A stretch of DNA of 64,000 bases. It comes from Rhynchobatus australiae (Eukaryota). This document shows positions 36,220 to 48,500 of this stretch, one piece after another. How positions within the stretch are numbered: the stretch's first letter is position 1; every line of letters starts with the position of its first letter. The stretch covers positions 19,425,324 to 19,489,323 of the forward strand of contig JAUZTB010000027.1 of assembly GCA_034780895.1 (NCBI GenBank), given 5' to 3'. Position numbers and translations under genes: made by a program. Below the pieces are notes generated by a model. The model did no database searches. It saw only the letters and a program-made list of their open reading frames with translations, and was not told where the DNA came from.

Positions 36220-36590
36220 AAGGCTTATATTTATACAAACTGTTTCATGCCAGGAACTTTTAAAGCACTCTCAGCCAATGAAGTGCAGTCACCATTGCAA
36301 TGTAGGAAAGGCAATAACTAATTTCAACATCAGAAATTTTCATAAATAGCATGTGACTACTACTAAATTACCTGTTTTTGTGATGTTGAGTGAGGTATAA
36401 ATATTGGCTAGGATATAGGCTGTTGCTGTTCTAGTGAATTGCTGGAAAGGGCTCTTTTATGTCCATCTGAGAGAGTACATGAAGGACCTTGGTTCAACCT
36501 CTAAGCAAAAAGTAAGACATCCAACTCCCTGGAAATTGCTCAGTACTGCATTGGAGTGTCAATCTTGATCTTTGTTCTCAAGTCTCTAGC
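36220..36590 (-). mobile_element. Decayed Deu-domain SINE
   Basis: tgatgttgagtgaggtataaatattggc...tcttttatgtccatctgagag...tcagtactgcattggagtgtcaatc. Confidence 0.7.
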
Positions 36591-39500
36591 ATTTGGAAGG
36601 AATAGAATACTTCACCTACTCTCTCAATGCTCATTTACATCCTTCTTGACAGGAAGATAGTAAAAGTGCTTCAGCATTGAGAAGTTGCACACGATAAGAG
36701 ACTGGGTTTGATTTAAACTGAACTAAACTATGATATGTGGGGAGATGGAAAAATTTGGGACTCGGAAATAATGGGATAATTTTATTTCTTTAAAAACCTC
36801 CCAATGCACAGTGAACAATGGGAGAAAACAATGCAAAAACCCAGCTGGTGGACCCCATCTATTTACTGCTGCCCTTTAGTCAAGCCTGTTTGTATTTTTG
36901 GTGGATGTGAGTCCTAGTGGCCAGACTTAATCAGGCACATATTAGTAAATGTGGCTCAAGTGATGTTAATTGCGATTGTCACTGTCTAACTCCACCCAGT
37001 TCCCACTCCCTGAGAAGGCAAAAGTGCTCTCCATTGAGATTGGAGTTCTGACCATCAGGATTCATGTCCAGTGAAAAACAGGCTCTACATTGAGCCAGTG
37101 AGTGATAAATTGGGTGTGGATGAACTGGGTGCGGTGAGGGACTGGCTGCTGTATTTTGGCATTGCTTATCTCTTTCTTTCAATACACAAGGAGGAGTGTA
37201 ATACAATGTATGTCACCCTCATTATTTCTGAGACTCAAATTCCACCTTCTCTCTATATCCTCACTGTCTGGACACTTTTAAAAATCAGTCCCAGGTTATT
37301 ATCGCAGCTCACACATATTTTCCCTGCGCTCATCCACTGTATTATCATCTTGTCACACCTGTTTGGTGAGAGTATTCTCAGCTCCTTCTAAATGGCTGCT
37401 GTAATTGAAACTCCATTCACCTGCAGAAAGAGTTAATGATGAAAGTGTCTGCCTTATTGAACTGTGGCTCATTACATAAAGATTCATTGTAAAAATCTCT
37501 CCACTGAAACCGTTGCCTCCAAATATTCCTGGAGTAGTTTGGGTTGAAGTTGCTGAGCAATGAAAGATCAATGAAAGACTCTATGTGCCCAAACGAAGGA
37601 TGATGAAAAATTACTCCTGATTCCCACTCTTGATTCTGCTGAAATATGATTGTGTGTCTTTTGGATGAAGGTAGAATTGGACTGAACTGTGATGCCCAAT
37701 ACCAGGTCCAAGCGTGCTAATCAAGAGTGAGAGTAATGTGGGAGCTGCAGAGGTTTGTGAAATCATACCCCAAAAGTGAGAGCTCAGGAAAAAGTGAGAA
37801 GGGGAAGCAACTCTAAGAAAAATTCTCCTGGACTAGATCCCATACAGATCCAACTCCCTTCTTCATACCAATCAGTTCTCTGGCTAATTGTGACCAAAGT
37901 CCACTGTAATGCAGCATTCCATTCATATACTGAAAGCAACACAAAGTCATCTCTTTGTGCCATTCTACTTGTTCATCCTCTGCATTACTCCAAGCAAGAG
38001 TCTGGTATGTGGGTTCTGTTATTGAATAGGGAGACCCGGGATGATTTTTAAAAATCTTTTCAGCTGGGCACCTCAGCTGCCCCGGTGTTGTAATTCCAAA
38101 GTGGCAGTGGACATATATGGAGGCTCTTTAGTTTCTGGCACACTTCCTTCCTTTCCTGGAGTTAAAGGTAACTAAAGTAGAATGACTTACGGCAGCTGGG
38201 GGTTGGCTGGATTCTGCCCCTCCAACCATCAACCAGCTTATCAACACTTGTCGAGTATCAACAACCCCTGTTTAAGTGAGCCAAGTTCACCAAATACCCG
38301 GTGCCTTGGTCTGAAGTGTGTGCAGCCTATCTCCTTGGGTTTGTGTTGCAGGAGGCTCCATCACTGTTGAGAGCAGCATGCAGAGGGAAAAGGCAGCTCC
38401 TGCCTCTGAGCTGTCCTTTAAAATGCAACATTTGTGCAAGTGCCATTGGTCGCCAACCCATGGAATTTGCAACCAGCAACCGTTATTACGCTCAGCCCAG
38501 CCGAGTCTTTACCAAATCTATCCTTAACTTCAGGATTGTTGTCAATTGCAGCTCAGCAACTAGCAGCACCAATGCAATAGAAGTGAGTACAAAGTGAGCC
38601 AGTGCTGTTCAACAACCTGACTGAAGCAATGGGTTGAGGAGCAAAAAGAGAACAAAGTCCTTAAAATGAATATTCAGCAGGTAAACAAAACCCATCAAGA
38701 TTAAAAGGTTCCTATTATAAGACTATCCCTAAACAAAGCAGGGGGCCATCACATTTGACATTTCAACATTGCCTGCTGTATTGTAGCCTGCAACAGAGAA
38801 AGCCCTGAGTTTGTGTATTCTGAGAAATTTGCTGCAGTTAATGGAGATTTGCACCCCTATTATGCAGTGTGAAGAGTTCACAGGATTGAAGGTCAGATAC
38901 CTCCAGCCTTGCACTTTACCAACAGAAAAACTAGTGTAAGTGATGTGTGTAACTGAGTATGACTTACTTATAAAATGATAATGAGGAAGTAAAGCAATAA
39001 GTGNNNNNNNNNNNNNNNNNNNNNNNNNNNNNNNNNNNNNNNNNNNNNNNNNNNNNNNNNNNNNNNNNNNNNNNNNNNNNNNNNNNNNNNNNNNNNNNNN
39101 NNNAAGCAATAAGTGAAATAATCTTTGGGTTTATATAAATATAAAGAAGCAATTTGGAAAGTTCTCTTTCACTGTTGGAGAATATTACAGCATATTAGTT
39201 TGCTTAATGGTTGAAACAATATTTTGCTTTTACAACTTCTGAAGTTTTATTTTTATTTTAAACAACCTCCAAACTGAATTAACTCTGTTATTCTTAAGCT
39301 GCATGTAGTTTAAGAAAAAAATCTTTTATCTAAAAATAGTTAGGTATTTAGGAACAGCTGCTTAGTTGCTGAAGTCAGGAGTTTTAACTGCATTGTTTTT
39401 TTTTAAACTGTGATTTATAATTAGACCTAGATTTTGCTCCCTTATTGGAAACAGTAGGAGAGCCAAATGGCAGGAAAATACATCTTTCTGTGTGTTTATT

Positions 39501-41329
39501 GCCCTTGTCAGCTCCCAATATTTTGGATGAAAGAGTCAGTCAATTGGTGTTACAGTGAAGAAAATGATTATACATTTGGCAGGGGGGGGGGGTTGTTGGT
39601 GGGAGTGTGGACTATGTTGAAATAAACAGATTTCTTGATNNNNNNNNNNAAAAATAGTTACTGCCCATTGAGCCACTTGTTGAATTACTTGGTTTATGGA
39701 TTGCTGCCTCAAATTGAACATTACAAGAATTGACATCTCATGGTTAAGTGAATCTTGTAGTAGATCAGACAAGGAAGAGCATTAATGTTGTTCCTGAAGG
39801 CACTTGTTGGCTTAGCTTATCCAAGCAATGCTGTTAAGGTGTGGTGAGCTGGTAGGAATCAGTTGAAGGGGTTATTATTGCCCTGTTTGAGTCTAATGTT
39901 GCCCCAAAGCCTTTCCTTGTTCTCATCTACCATACAAGGCAACCCTTTCATTATCAAATTTGTTGCTGTTATTATTTTCTGCTAAATGCATGGTAAGCTG
40001 TAAACCTTTAATCATGTTTGTGGGTAAATCAAATGAGTGTGTGTTTGTCAGCATACACACAAACTGTTGTATTTGTGTGTCTTTGTGGGTTTGTCTGTGC
40101 ATAATTGTGATTCGTGCTCAGCTTTGTAATAACTCCTCCAGGAGTTGGACTGATGAATTAACACAACATCTGCAGGACACATTGTGGCGAGTCTGAAGGG
40201 AAGAGATAGAAAGGAAAAATCCTTGGGTCAGGCCTGGTATGCTGCGGTTTAGTAAACGGCTGTACTTCATGTGTACTGCATTTTCTCGAGTGATGCTTTA
40301 CTTAATTCCTGACTTGCCAGCCACAACACTATGATGATTTATACTTTGCAGGTGTTGTGACAAATTTTTAAAACTCATTCAACTCCAATTTAAAAGCAAG
40401 GTACATACCTTTTACCAGATGAGCAGACGTAAGGCTTTAAGCTTATATAAGAGCATCTTTTTACAACAGAACTCTTAAATTTATTTAATGACAGCTTTTA
40501 ACTTTTTTTAGATATAGAATGCATGCCAGTTGATGCCTGTAATCGACATGGAATGTGAAGATCACCTCATAAGATGAATACAAAGCTTGAAGAATCATTT
40601 TATAACATCTGTGCAGGACTGACAAACTTGATTTTATTTTCCTTAAAGGTCAATAACTCTGAGGCGATATCTATAACTGCTGTAAGCATAGTGAGTTATT
40701 TGTTAGTAGATAATAGATTAGAATTTCTGATTGGATTTTACATATCCAAGTTTAACATGTTTATTATCTTGTATGTACAGGTCTAATTATAGTGTTAGCC
40801 TGTTAATACTTGCCTTAGTACAAAACCAACAAGAATATGGTTTGAGCATTTTAAGTACTAGTGCATAAAAGTTGCTGTTTCGAGCTTTACTTTATCGTTT
40901 GTGTTAACACAAGATATTATCTGATCAAAATATTCCAGACTTTGACAATTCCTCCTCCATTTCAGTTGTTCTAGGTCTTGACTGTGGCTTCTGGGTTAAT
41001 CATTGGTCTGGCCTTGCAGTCAAATACTGGAATGTGCATCTGAGTAGAACTTGAGTCCATGATATGTTTACCTTTAGCCATCATCTTCCCATCCTCCTCT
41101 TTCTCTATTCTGGAGAGAAGTCTTTGGCCTGCAGTCAGTGTCTTATTTGTCTGAGTTGAAATTGGAGACCATGATGGTGGCTTTCATTGTCACTGTGATG
41201 TCAACCCTGCTACATCCCATAAACAGCTCTGCCTAAGATTCAACAGTATGCACAGTAATCCCATTTCATTTACACAGAAGCCAGGAACATAGTCTTTAGT
41301 TTGTCATTTAAAATTTGAATTCATATTGT

Positions 41330-41750
41330 GAAGATGGTTCTCAAAAGGGTAAGATGCATGATTCTGAAACTGAGGAGCAAATTGATTTTATTACTGAAGA
41401 TTAAAAAGAGATCTGATCCAACAGTTCACAATGGAGAGGTTTTGATGCTCTAAGTTCAAGAGGCTGTGTTCATTTGGATTATGAGTGCAGAACTGGATGT
41501 CTGGCATTTAACATTACTTATTTTTAATTGATGCTTCTCGCACATGGTGATAGATACATTGAGCAGAATCCCAAATGAGGTAGTTGGTGCGTTGGTGCTT
41601 AATTTCAAAAACACTAGCCAGGTAGTACGGTTAAAGGGATTGTTGGAGACTGATGCTCAAATAGTTCATGGAATACAATGGTATACTATGGCTGTGGGGA
41701 GAGGATGGGGGTTTGCAGTAATTTTGAGGTGAGGCTGGAAGAACATATTC
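41330..41750 (+). mobile_element. Highly decayed CR1 3' fragment
   Basis: gaagattaaaaagagatctgat (RLKRDL), ttctcgcacatggtg and gaggtagttggtg resemble the end of CR1 ORF2. Confidence 0.5.
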
Positions 41751-42374
41751 TGTTTATTTGATTTACTTTGAGAATTGTGAAATATTTATACAAAACTTAG
41801 TCTGAGGTGATTAAATTGTAATTTAATAAAAAGCAGACTTGAAAGGCAAAACATTCTTTCTCATTCTGTGCTTCATTGAAAACAAGTGCCATTTTTTATA
41901 TTGTTTTCAGGTTTTTGGTTACAATATGTTACCTGTCAATATGTGGTTATGCAGGTTTGTTTATGGAAGGAATGTATTTAGGCAAATGCTAATCATCAGN
42001 NNNNNNNNNNNNNNNNNNNNNNNNNNNNNNNNNNNATCAGGGGCAACTGGAAGGAAGAGAGGGAGTGAGACTGAGCTGAGTTATATTATGCAGAGACAAT
42101 ATGACTTTGTGTAGGTTATTTATGAAAACAAATTTGTCTTCCTAGAATTGCTGTTACAGTGAGCAAGAGGATTGTTTCAGCTTTTAATAGGATATGTCCT
42201 GTGATGCATAGTTCTTATTTTTGAAAGAAATAGATTAAATATCTCTGATGGTTTGTTGGTGTGAATTGCATTGTTCTTAATTTTGATTGGGTATACTTTG
42301 TAGTCATCCTCTCTCCAATGAGGGGAATGAAATGCACTTGAAGAATTAAAATACTTGTAAGACTTCCAGCAAAA

Positions 42375-42490
42375 GCGAACTCCTGGAAGAACTTAACTGC
42401 TCAAGCAGCATCTGTGGAGGTTAAAGATAGTAGATATTTCAAGTTGAGACCCTGCATCAAGACGAGAATGTAGAGGGAAGATAGCAAATG
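42375..42490 (-). mobile_element. Penelope-derived repeat fragment
   Basis: gcagcatctgtggagg..atatttcaagttgagaccctgcatcaagac. Confidence 0.7.
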
Positions 42491-42494
42491 ACAA

Positions 42495-42780
42495 ATTACA
42501 AACAGCCAGCTCCCACAAAGAGAAATATGATCATGACCAGATAATCAGTTTTGTTACTGTAGACAAGAACACTACACTTGAAATAATGTCATGAAATTGT
42601 TTCTGAGTGTACAGGCAGCATCACTTCAACAGTTCATGCATGTAATGGACCACCAACCATGGAGTACTTTCTCACTACTGCACTGGAGTGTCAGCCTGGA
42701 TGATTGTGCCCAGATCTCTAATGTGGGACATGAACTCATGATCTTTTGACTTAAAGGCAAGAGTGGTACCTGAATGGCAG
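42495..42780 (-). mobile_element. Decayed Deu-domain SINE
   Basis: ctcccacaaa..atgaccagataatc..ctactgcactggagtgtcagcctggat..tgtgggacatgaactc. Confidence 0.7.
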
Positions 42781-43548
42781 GTTCAAGGAATGATGCCTTC
42801 AGAAACTGGTACATTCTAATGAAAAGGTGAAATTCATCCATGTCAGCATCTTTCCTTCTTTCTGCAGTTAATGGCTTACCATTTTGAGTAGAGGTACTCA
42901 GTATAATTTTCTGTTAGAAAGCAATGTTTGGAAAGCTAGCAAATGAGATCTTTCAATTAATTTCTCAATTTTGTTTCAAAGTATTTTTTGGAAATCTAGT
43001 AAATTGGTCACTTTGTAGAACAAAAGGACAGGTTGACTGATATTTCAGTAGTCTCCACTGATGATGAAAATCCAGCTTTGAATAATTATATTAACTAGAG
43101 GAGGAACATAAACCAATAGAGACCCTGGTATCAAGACTCATAGGATGAAAGAGGATGGAAAATCTGATCTTTATCATGCAGAAGCAGAAATTTCCGGAAG
43201 AATCCTAATGCACTGTGATTTCATTCCAAGTTAACTGATTGGTAAATTCTATTGAGATAGGAAGTGAGCACTTTGCCCTGTCCATGACATCATTTTCATG
43301 GAGGCATGGGCAGTGAAGGCTTTGGGGAAGGGGGTTCCTTGTCTGCTCTGGGACTTCTATACTTTAAGTCCTTACAACATCTCTGTGGAGTTCACACAAG
43401 TAAAAGATGGCTGAAGTCCTTCTGTCAATGCAATGGAGTACCTTGCAAGACAACAGTGATTTTGTTTCTTGAAATGTTCATCTCTTTCTTTCAGCCCCAA
43501 GAGTCTTATGATTGAGCAGTTCTGGGCTGCTCAATCTTGCAAAGCAAA

Positions 43549-43850
43549 AAGATATAAGATATTTATTTATTAGTCACATGTACATTAAAGCACACAGTGA
43601 AATGCATCTTTTTGTATGACTGAGCATGTGCTGGGGGCAGCCCGCAAGTGTCGCCACTCTTCTGGTGCCAACATAGGATGCCCACAGCTCCTAACCTGTA
43701 TGTCATTGGAACGTGGGAGGAACCAGAGCACCCGGAGGAAACCCACGCAGACACAGGGAGAATGTACAAACTCCTTACAGACAGAGGCTGGAATTGCAGC
43801 TGGGTCGCTGGCGCTGTAATAGCATTACTGCTACACTACCATACCGCCCC
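43549..43850 (-). mobile_element. Young tRNA-derived V-domain SINE, copy 1
   Basis: High similarity to 55970-56246 and 59708-60007; V-like core gtgggaggaaccagagcacccggaggaaacccac; tRNA-like head. Confidence 0.9.
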
Positions 43851-44309
43851 TGTAAAATGTAAAAAAGCTACATTTATCCGGCATCTCTCCTGCTTTTAGG
43901 ATGTTTCTACAGTCAAAGTACATTTGTTTGTGATGGCTGAACATTGCAATAGATAACACTGAGGTGACAGACCAGTTAGTCCATTTTGGTTACTGTTATG
44001 GAGGGTTGTGTTGACTAGAGCACCATAATAACTCCTTTCTTTTCCTTAAGCACCACCATTAGATCTTGCTTAACAGCCTTTGGAATAACATTCCACCTGA
44101 AAGTCAGCCTCTCTTCCACTTGCCCTGCCCCCATCTTGCAGCCCTCAGTATTGTTTATTATGCACAGGGGCCAGCCATGCTTAATTGCTGAAGTGAGACT
44201 TGAGATCACAACTGAGATGGTTTAAGGTGGATGCTGATGTTGTGCTTCCTTTACAAGCACCAACACCGTGCCACAGGATTCAGATAGCCTGTGTGTAGGT
44301 TTTGAAATA

Positions 44310-44338
44310 GGGTTTGGGTCTGGGGTTTGGGTCTGGGG
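44310..44338 (+). repeat. G-rich 13-bp tandem repeat, G-quadruplex motif
   Basis: gggtttgggtctggggtttgggtctgggg: five G3/G4 runs with 3-nt loops. Confidence 0.7.
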
Positions 44339-46317
44339 TTTGCCCCTGGGGAAAGTGCAGAGTCGACACTTGTAGAACTGTCAAATCACCGGGAATGTTG
44401 TAACTGCTGCTCTAAAGCAATGAATAAAACGATTGCATTTACCATGAATATCCATGCCGGTGTGTCTGATTCAGGACAACCAGGGGTGTTAACTTTGGCT
44501 GAAGGAGCTGAATGGCTTTTGTTGTCCCTGACTCTACTGTCTGCTTTTATTTCTCTTCACACATCATTTATTTCTTGAAATTTCTGTTTGAATTTTGGGT
44601 GATGCCAATGTTATGAATCAGAATAACTATAAAACTGTGCTTTCTGTTTAACCCAAAAATCATGGCAGTGAAAGCTTTTGCCAAAGTTGAAATTGGAGGC
44701 ATTTATCAGACAATGGGGCATAGAAAACATCATTTAGTAAGAGCACAATGTTAGTTTTGGTTCTGACGGATGACAAGTGCAACCTAAGTAGGTCAGACAG
44801 TAGGAAATCTGCCCGTCTCTTTAATTGGTTTTCAGTTGAAGTATTTTCAAACTCATTAATATCATGTAACAGCTAGAATTTTAGTTGCTCTTGTTAGTGA
44901 ATCATGCACCACAGAAAATAAACCCTGCTTGAANNNNNNNNNNNNNNNNNCTCCACCCTTATGGCTTTGCATCTATGATCAAGAAGATTAAGTAACCTTT
45001 TCCTTCAAAAGGTTGTGTAAAATTAGTTTTCAGGAGCTCATTGTGGTAAAACAAAGCCTGGGAGAACCTGCAGCTCGAGAAACAAAGGAGTAGCTTTAGC
45101 TTCTTTCTCTCTCATTCACCACCCTTTCTTTCTAGTGACTTAACACAGCAGTAAACACAGTATTCATCTTCACATTATCTTCCAAACTTGATGAGATCAT
45201 GCCTCTCTCTAATCACTTTTGCAGGGTTTTTTCAATGAAGCGTGCAGTCAGTTTGGCTTTTATGTGGAGGGTGAGAGTGTTGAGGTAAAGAAAAAAGAGG
45301 GGTGGTGGGGGATGGTACATATTTTACATCGACAGGACCATAATACTTAGAACTGAGATTCAGTTAGTTCAAATTTTTCACTTTTTGCATTGTTTAACTA
45401 GATGTAACAAACAATCGTGGGTTGTTTTCAAGAAAGAATTCTTCTTTGCCCCAAGGTTCAGGAACATCAAAGCAAGGTACTGGAGCTGGTGCTTTTCAAT
45501 ATTGAGGTAGGGCCACTTTCTCAACATTGGTCTCCTCATACCTCTGCAGTCTTAGCAGTGATTGCATAATTCTCTGGAATGGTTTCAAATTGTCACTAAG
45601 CAATTTGTTTTTACAGACTCACTAAGGGAAGATAACAGCTTTTTACTGCAGCACTTTGCAGAGCTGTGAGCAGTTTTGATTACATTATAAAAGTGGTATA
45701 TGAAGATAAATATGCAGATTTGTTGAGGCGTGCTTTGGATGCTTCAAATTCTATAACGTGCAGAATTATTTCACTAAATGCAGGCACATAGAAGCACTAA
45801 ATATTTTCTAACCTCTTCTTGCCAAAGTTGAAGAAGAACATTTGTCAAAATCTGGCTATTTACTACACATGTTCAAGGAAGTGAAGTGTTTTAAATGACC
45901 ATTCTCTTCAACAAATCAAAAAGTCGTTGATTAATGTTTTTTTTATGTTTANNNNNNNNNNNNNNNNNNNNNNNNNNNNNNNNNNNNNNNNNNNNNNNNN
46001 NNNNNNNNNNNNNNNNNNNNNNNNNNNNNNNNNNNNNNNNNNNNNNNNNNNNNNNNNNNNNNNNNNNNNNNNNNNNNNNNNNNNNNNNNNNNNNNNNNNN
46101 NNNNNNNNNNNNNNNNNNNNNNNNNNNNNNNNNNNNNNNNNNNNNNNNNNNNNNNNNNNNNNNNNNNNNNNNNNNNNNNNNNNNNNNNNNNNNNNNNNNN
46201 NNNNNNNNNNNNNNNNNNNNNNNNNNNNNNNNNNNNNNNNNNNNNNNNNNNNNNNNNNNNNNNNNNNNNNNNNNNNNNNNNNNNNNNNNNNNNNNNNNNG
46301 CCAAGAGATTACCTGGC

Positions 46318-46445
46318 ATTATTAGATTGCTGGTTGTGGGATCGCACTATGTGGAACCGGGCTGTTGTGCATTCTACTTTGTAACAGAGATTATAATACT
46401 GTAAGAAGTTAATTGGCTGTAATGTGCTTCAGGATGCTCACATGT
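46318..46445 (+). mobile_element. DeuSINE 3' fragment
   Basis: attgctggttgtgggatc..aagttaattggctgtaatgtgcttcaggatg. Confidence 0.5.
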
Positions 46446-46644
46446 CTTTCTTCACTGCAGTAATATGGTTGACTTTAATGTTTGCTCAAATGGACAGGTC
46501 AGGTTTTTTGCTAACATCTTATCCCAAGGACTGTAGATTTGTCAAAATGGCACTCATGTAATATATAGCCTGAGTTATTTGGAGTCAATCTTCTGTCCAT
46601 GGAACATCTGATTCTGAGATACTGAGTTCTGAGATTTTTAGTTG

Positions 46645-46757
46645 GGGTTCTGATAAAGGGTCTTTGACCTGAGATGTCAATTCTGTTTCTCCTTCCACAG
46701 ATGCTGCCTGACCTGCTGACTGTGTCCAAGATCTTCTGTTTTTATTTGAGATTCCTG
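46645..46757 (+). mobile_element. Penelope-derived repeat fragment with decayed hammerhead core
   Basis: ttctgataaagggtctttgacctgagatgtc..ccacagatgctgcctgacctgctga. Confidence 0.75.
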
Positions 46758-46806
46758 TTGTAATCTGATGGTGACCAAGTCAGCTCTCAGGCAGCATGGA
46801 TTTAGG

Positions 46807-46880
46807 AGAACATAAGAAATAGGAGCAGGAGTAGGCCATACAGTCCCTACAATCTGCCTGACATTCAGTAAGATAATGGC
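46807..46880 (-). mobile_element. CR1 3' tail fragment
   Basis: agaacataagaaataggagcaggagtaggccat is the reverse complement of a CR1 tail. Confidence 0.75.
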
Positions 46881-47242
46881 ATAAGTTCTGTAGTCAGCAA
46901 CTCCCCTTTAGTCCAAAATGATCACTGTGGGCTTTTATTTCATATCTGATCTTGCCATCTTTGACTTGAGCATCTTGATGCCTGTTCTGGAACACTATTT
47001 ATTTCTGTATCATGGTAGACTCATCATTGTGAACCAAAGCAGAAATGTTGAGAAAGTAAATATTTTTCTAGATGAGTTCAGTCTTGAACTGTTTTGGTTA
47101 TGAAGTTACCAGCGAATACTCTGTAACTCTTGTCAGTTCGAGCACATTACTGCATTTTTCAGTCATATTTTCTTGGTAATGTCCATATTTAATCTGAAAC
47201 AGTGCTTCTCAAGGCTAGCTCATCTCAAAGTCAGATTGCATA

Positions 47243-47348
47243 TAAAGCAGAATGTGCTGGAGATTCTCAGCAGGTTAGGCAACATTTGTGGAGAGAGAAA
47301 TGATTAACGTTTCAAGTCAACGATCTTTCACCAAAATTGGAAAAATGT
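47243..47348 (-). mobile_element. Penelope-derived repeat fragment
   Basis: tgctggagattctcagcaggttaggcaacatttgtggagagagaaa..aacgtttcaagtcaacgatctttcacc. Confidence 0.75.
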
Positions 47349-48339
47349 TGAACTAAAACAAGTGAATAATTTTATGATGCTGCTTACTGGCAAGGGAACT
47401 GGTCACAAAGGATGAAGTGACAGNNNNNNNNNNNNNNNNNNNNNNNNNNNNNNNNNNNNNNNNNNNNNNNNNNNNNNNNNNNNNNNNNNNNNNNNNNNNN
47501 NNNNNNNNNNNNNNNNNNNNNNNTCGAGCTCGGTCATTACCCAATGATGAAGTGGTGGCTGGAAGCCAAGTGCATAGTTCTTCCTGGTTGGCTGGGACAC
47601 ATACCATGCTGCAGCTCAGTGTCTACATTCTGTGCATCTCCCAACCATCAAGAGGAAGACCTCTGATTGGTCAGATGCTATGTAAATATTTTAGAATGTT
47701 AAATGATAACATATTTTTTCAGATGAATGGAACTTCTGTAATAGCATGAATGGAATAAAATAAATAGAAACACTGGAAATTGCTGGGATTGGGCTCAGGG
47801 ATGGGGTGGGGGTAAGTAGATAAAAACAATGATTTATAACACTTTGGTTTAACTTTTTTTATTATCCACAATGTTGATTTTTCATTAAAGAGGCCACCGC
47901 TTTGAAACTACTTTCACACATTTCAGAACTGCATTAAGAATTCAAAATACTTGCATACAAGGAGTGTATGTGGCTTTTTAATGGAATTTCCCATCATTAC
48001 AACCCAGTGATCTACATTTCTGATCAATGAAAATTAAATTGCTTTAGTTCATCAGCTGCTCATTGCGACTAGACAGAGTCTGAGTGTTTCCCTGGTGGAG
48101 GTTCCAGTAAGTTTGTAATGTGACTTAACCATTTCACTGCTGATAGCAATGAAATTTTCTTTCAGCTTTTCCTTTTTAAATGTTGTCTGCTATATCTCTT
48201 ACAAATGGTATAATATTATAACATAATTTAAATTACACAATTTAAAGGTTACTGCGATCATATGACAGAGGGAGATGTGGAGAAAAATTCTGTGCAAAAC
48301 TCCTCCCCATTTCTCCCACTTCCTGGAAGGAAGAAAGTC

Positions 48340-48500
48340 AATGGTCGTACAATAGGCCAGAGCTGGAGTAACATGGTTCTTGGAGCTTTGTAAGGTTGGA
48401 GAAGGAGGGATGAGGCTACAGAGGGTCACGAATGCAGGACAGGGATTTTAAATTCAATGTGTTGGTGGACCAAGAGTCAGCAAATGTAAAAGCAGAAAAT
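48340..48500 (-). mobile_element. Decayed L2 fragment
   Basis: gaggctacagag..ggattttaaattcaatgtgttggtggaccaagagtcag (reverse complement encodes W..QHIEFKI). Confidence 0.5.

Noticed and set aside
45891-46404. Long ORFs here and at 21.2-21.6 kb and 61.2-61.75 kb
   Set aside because: Artefacts of translating through N runs
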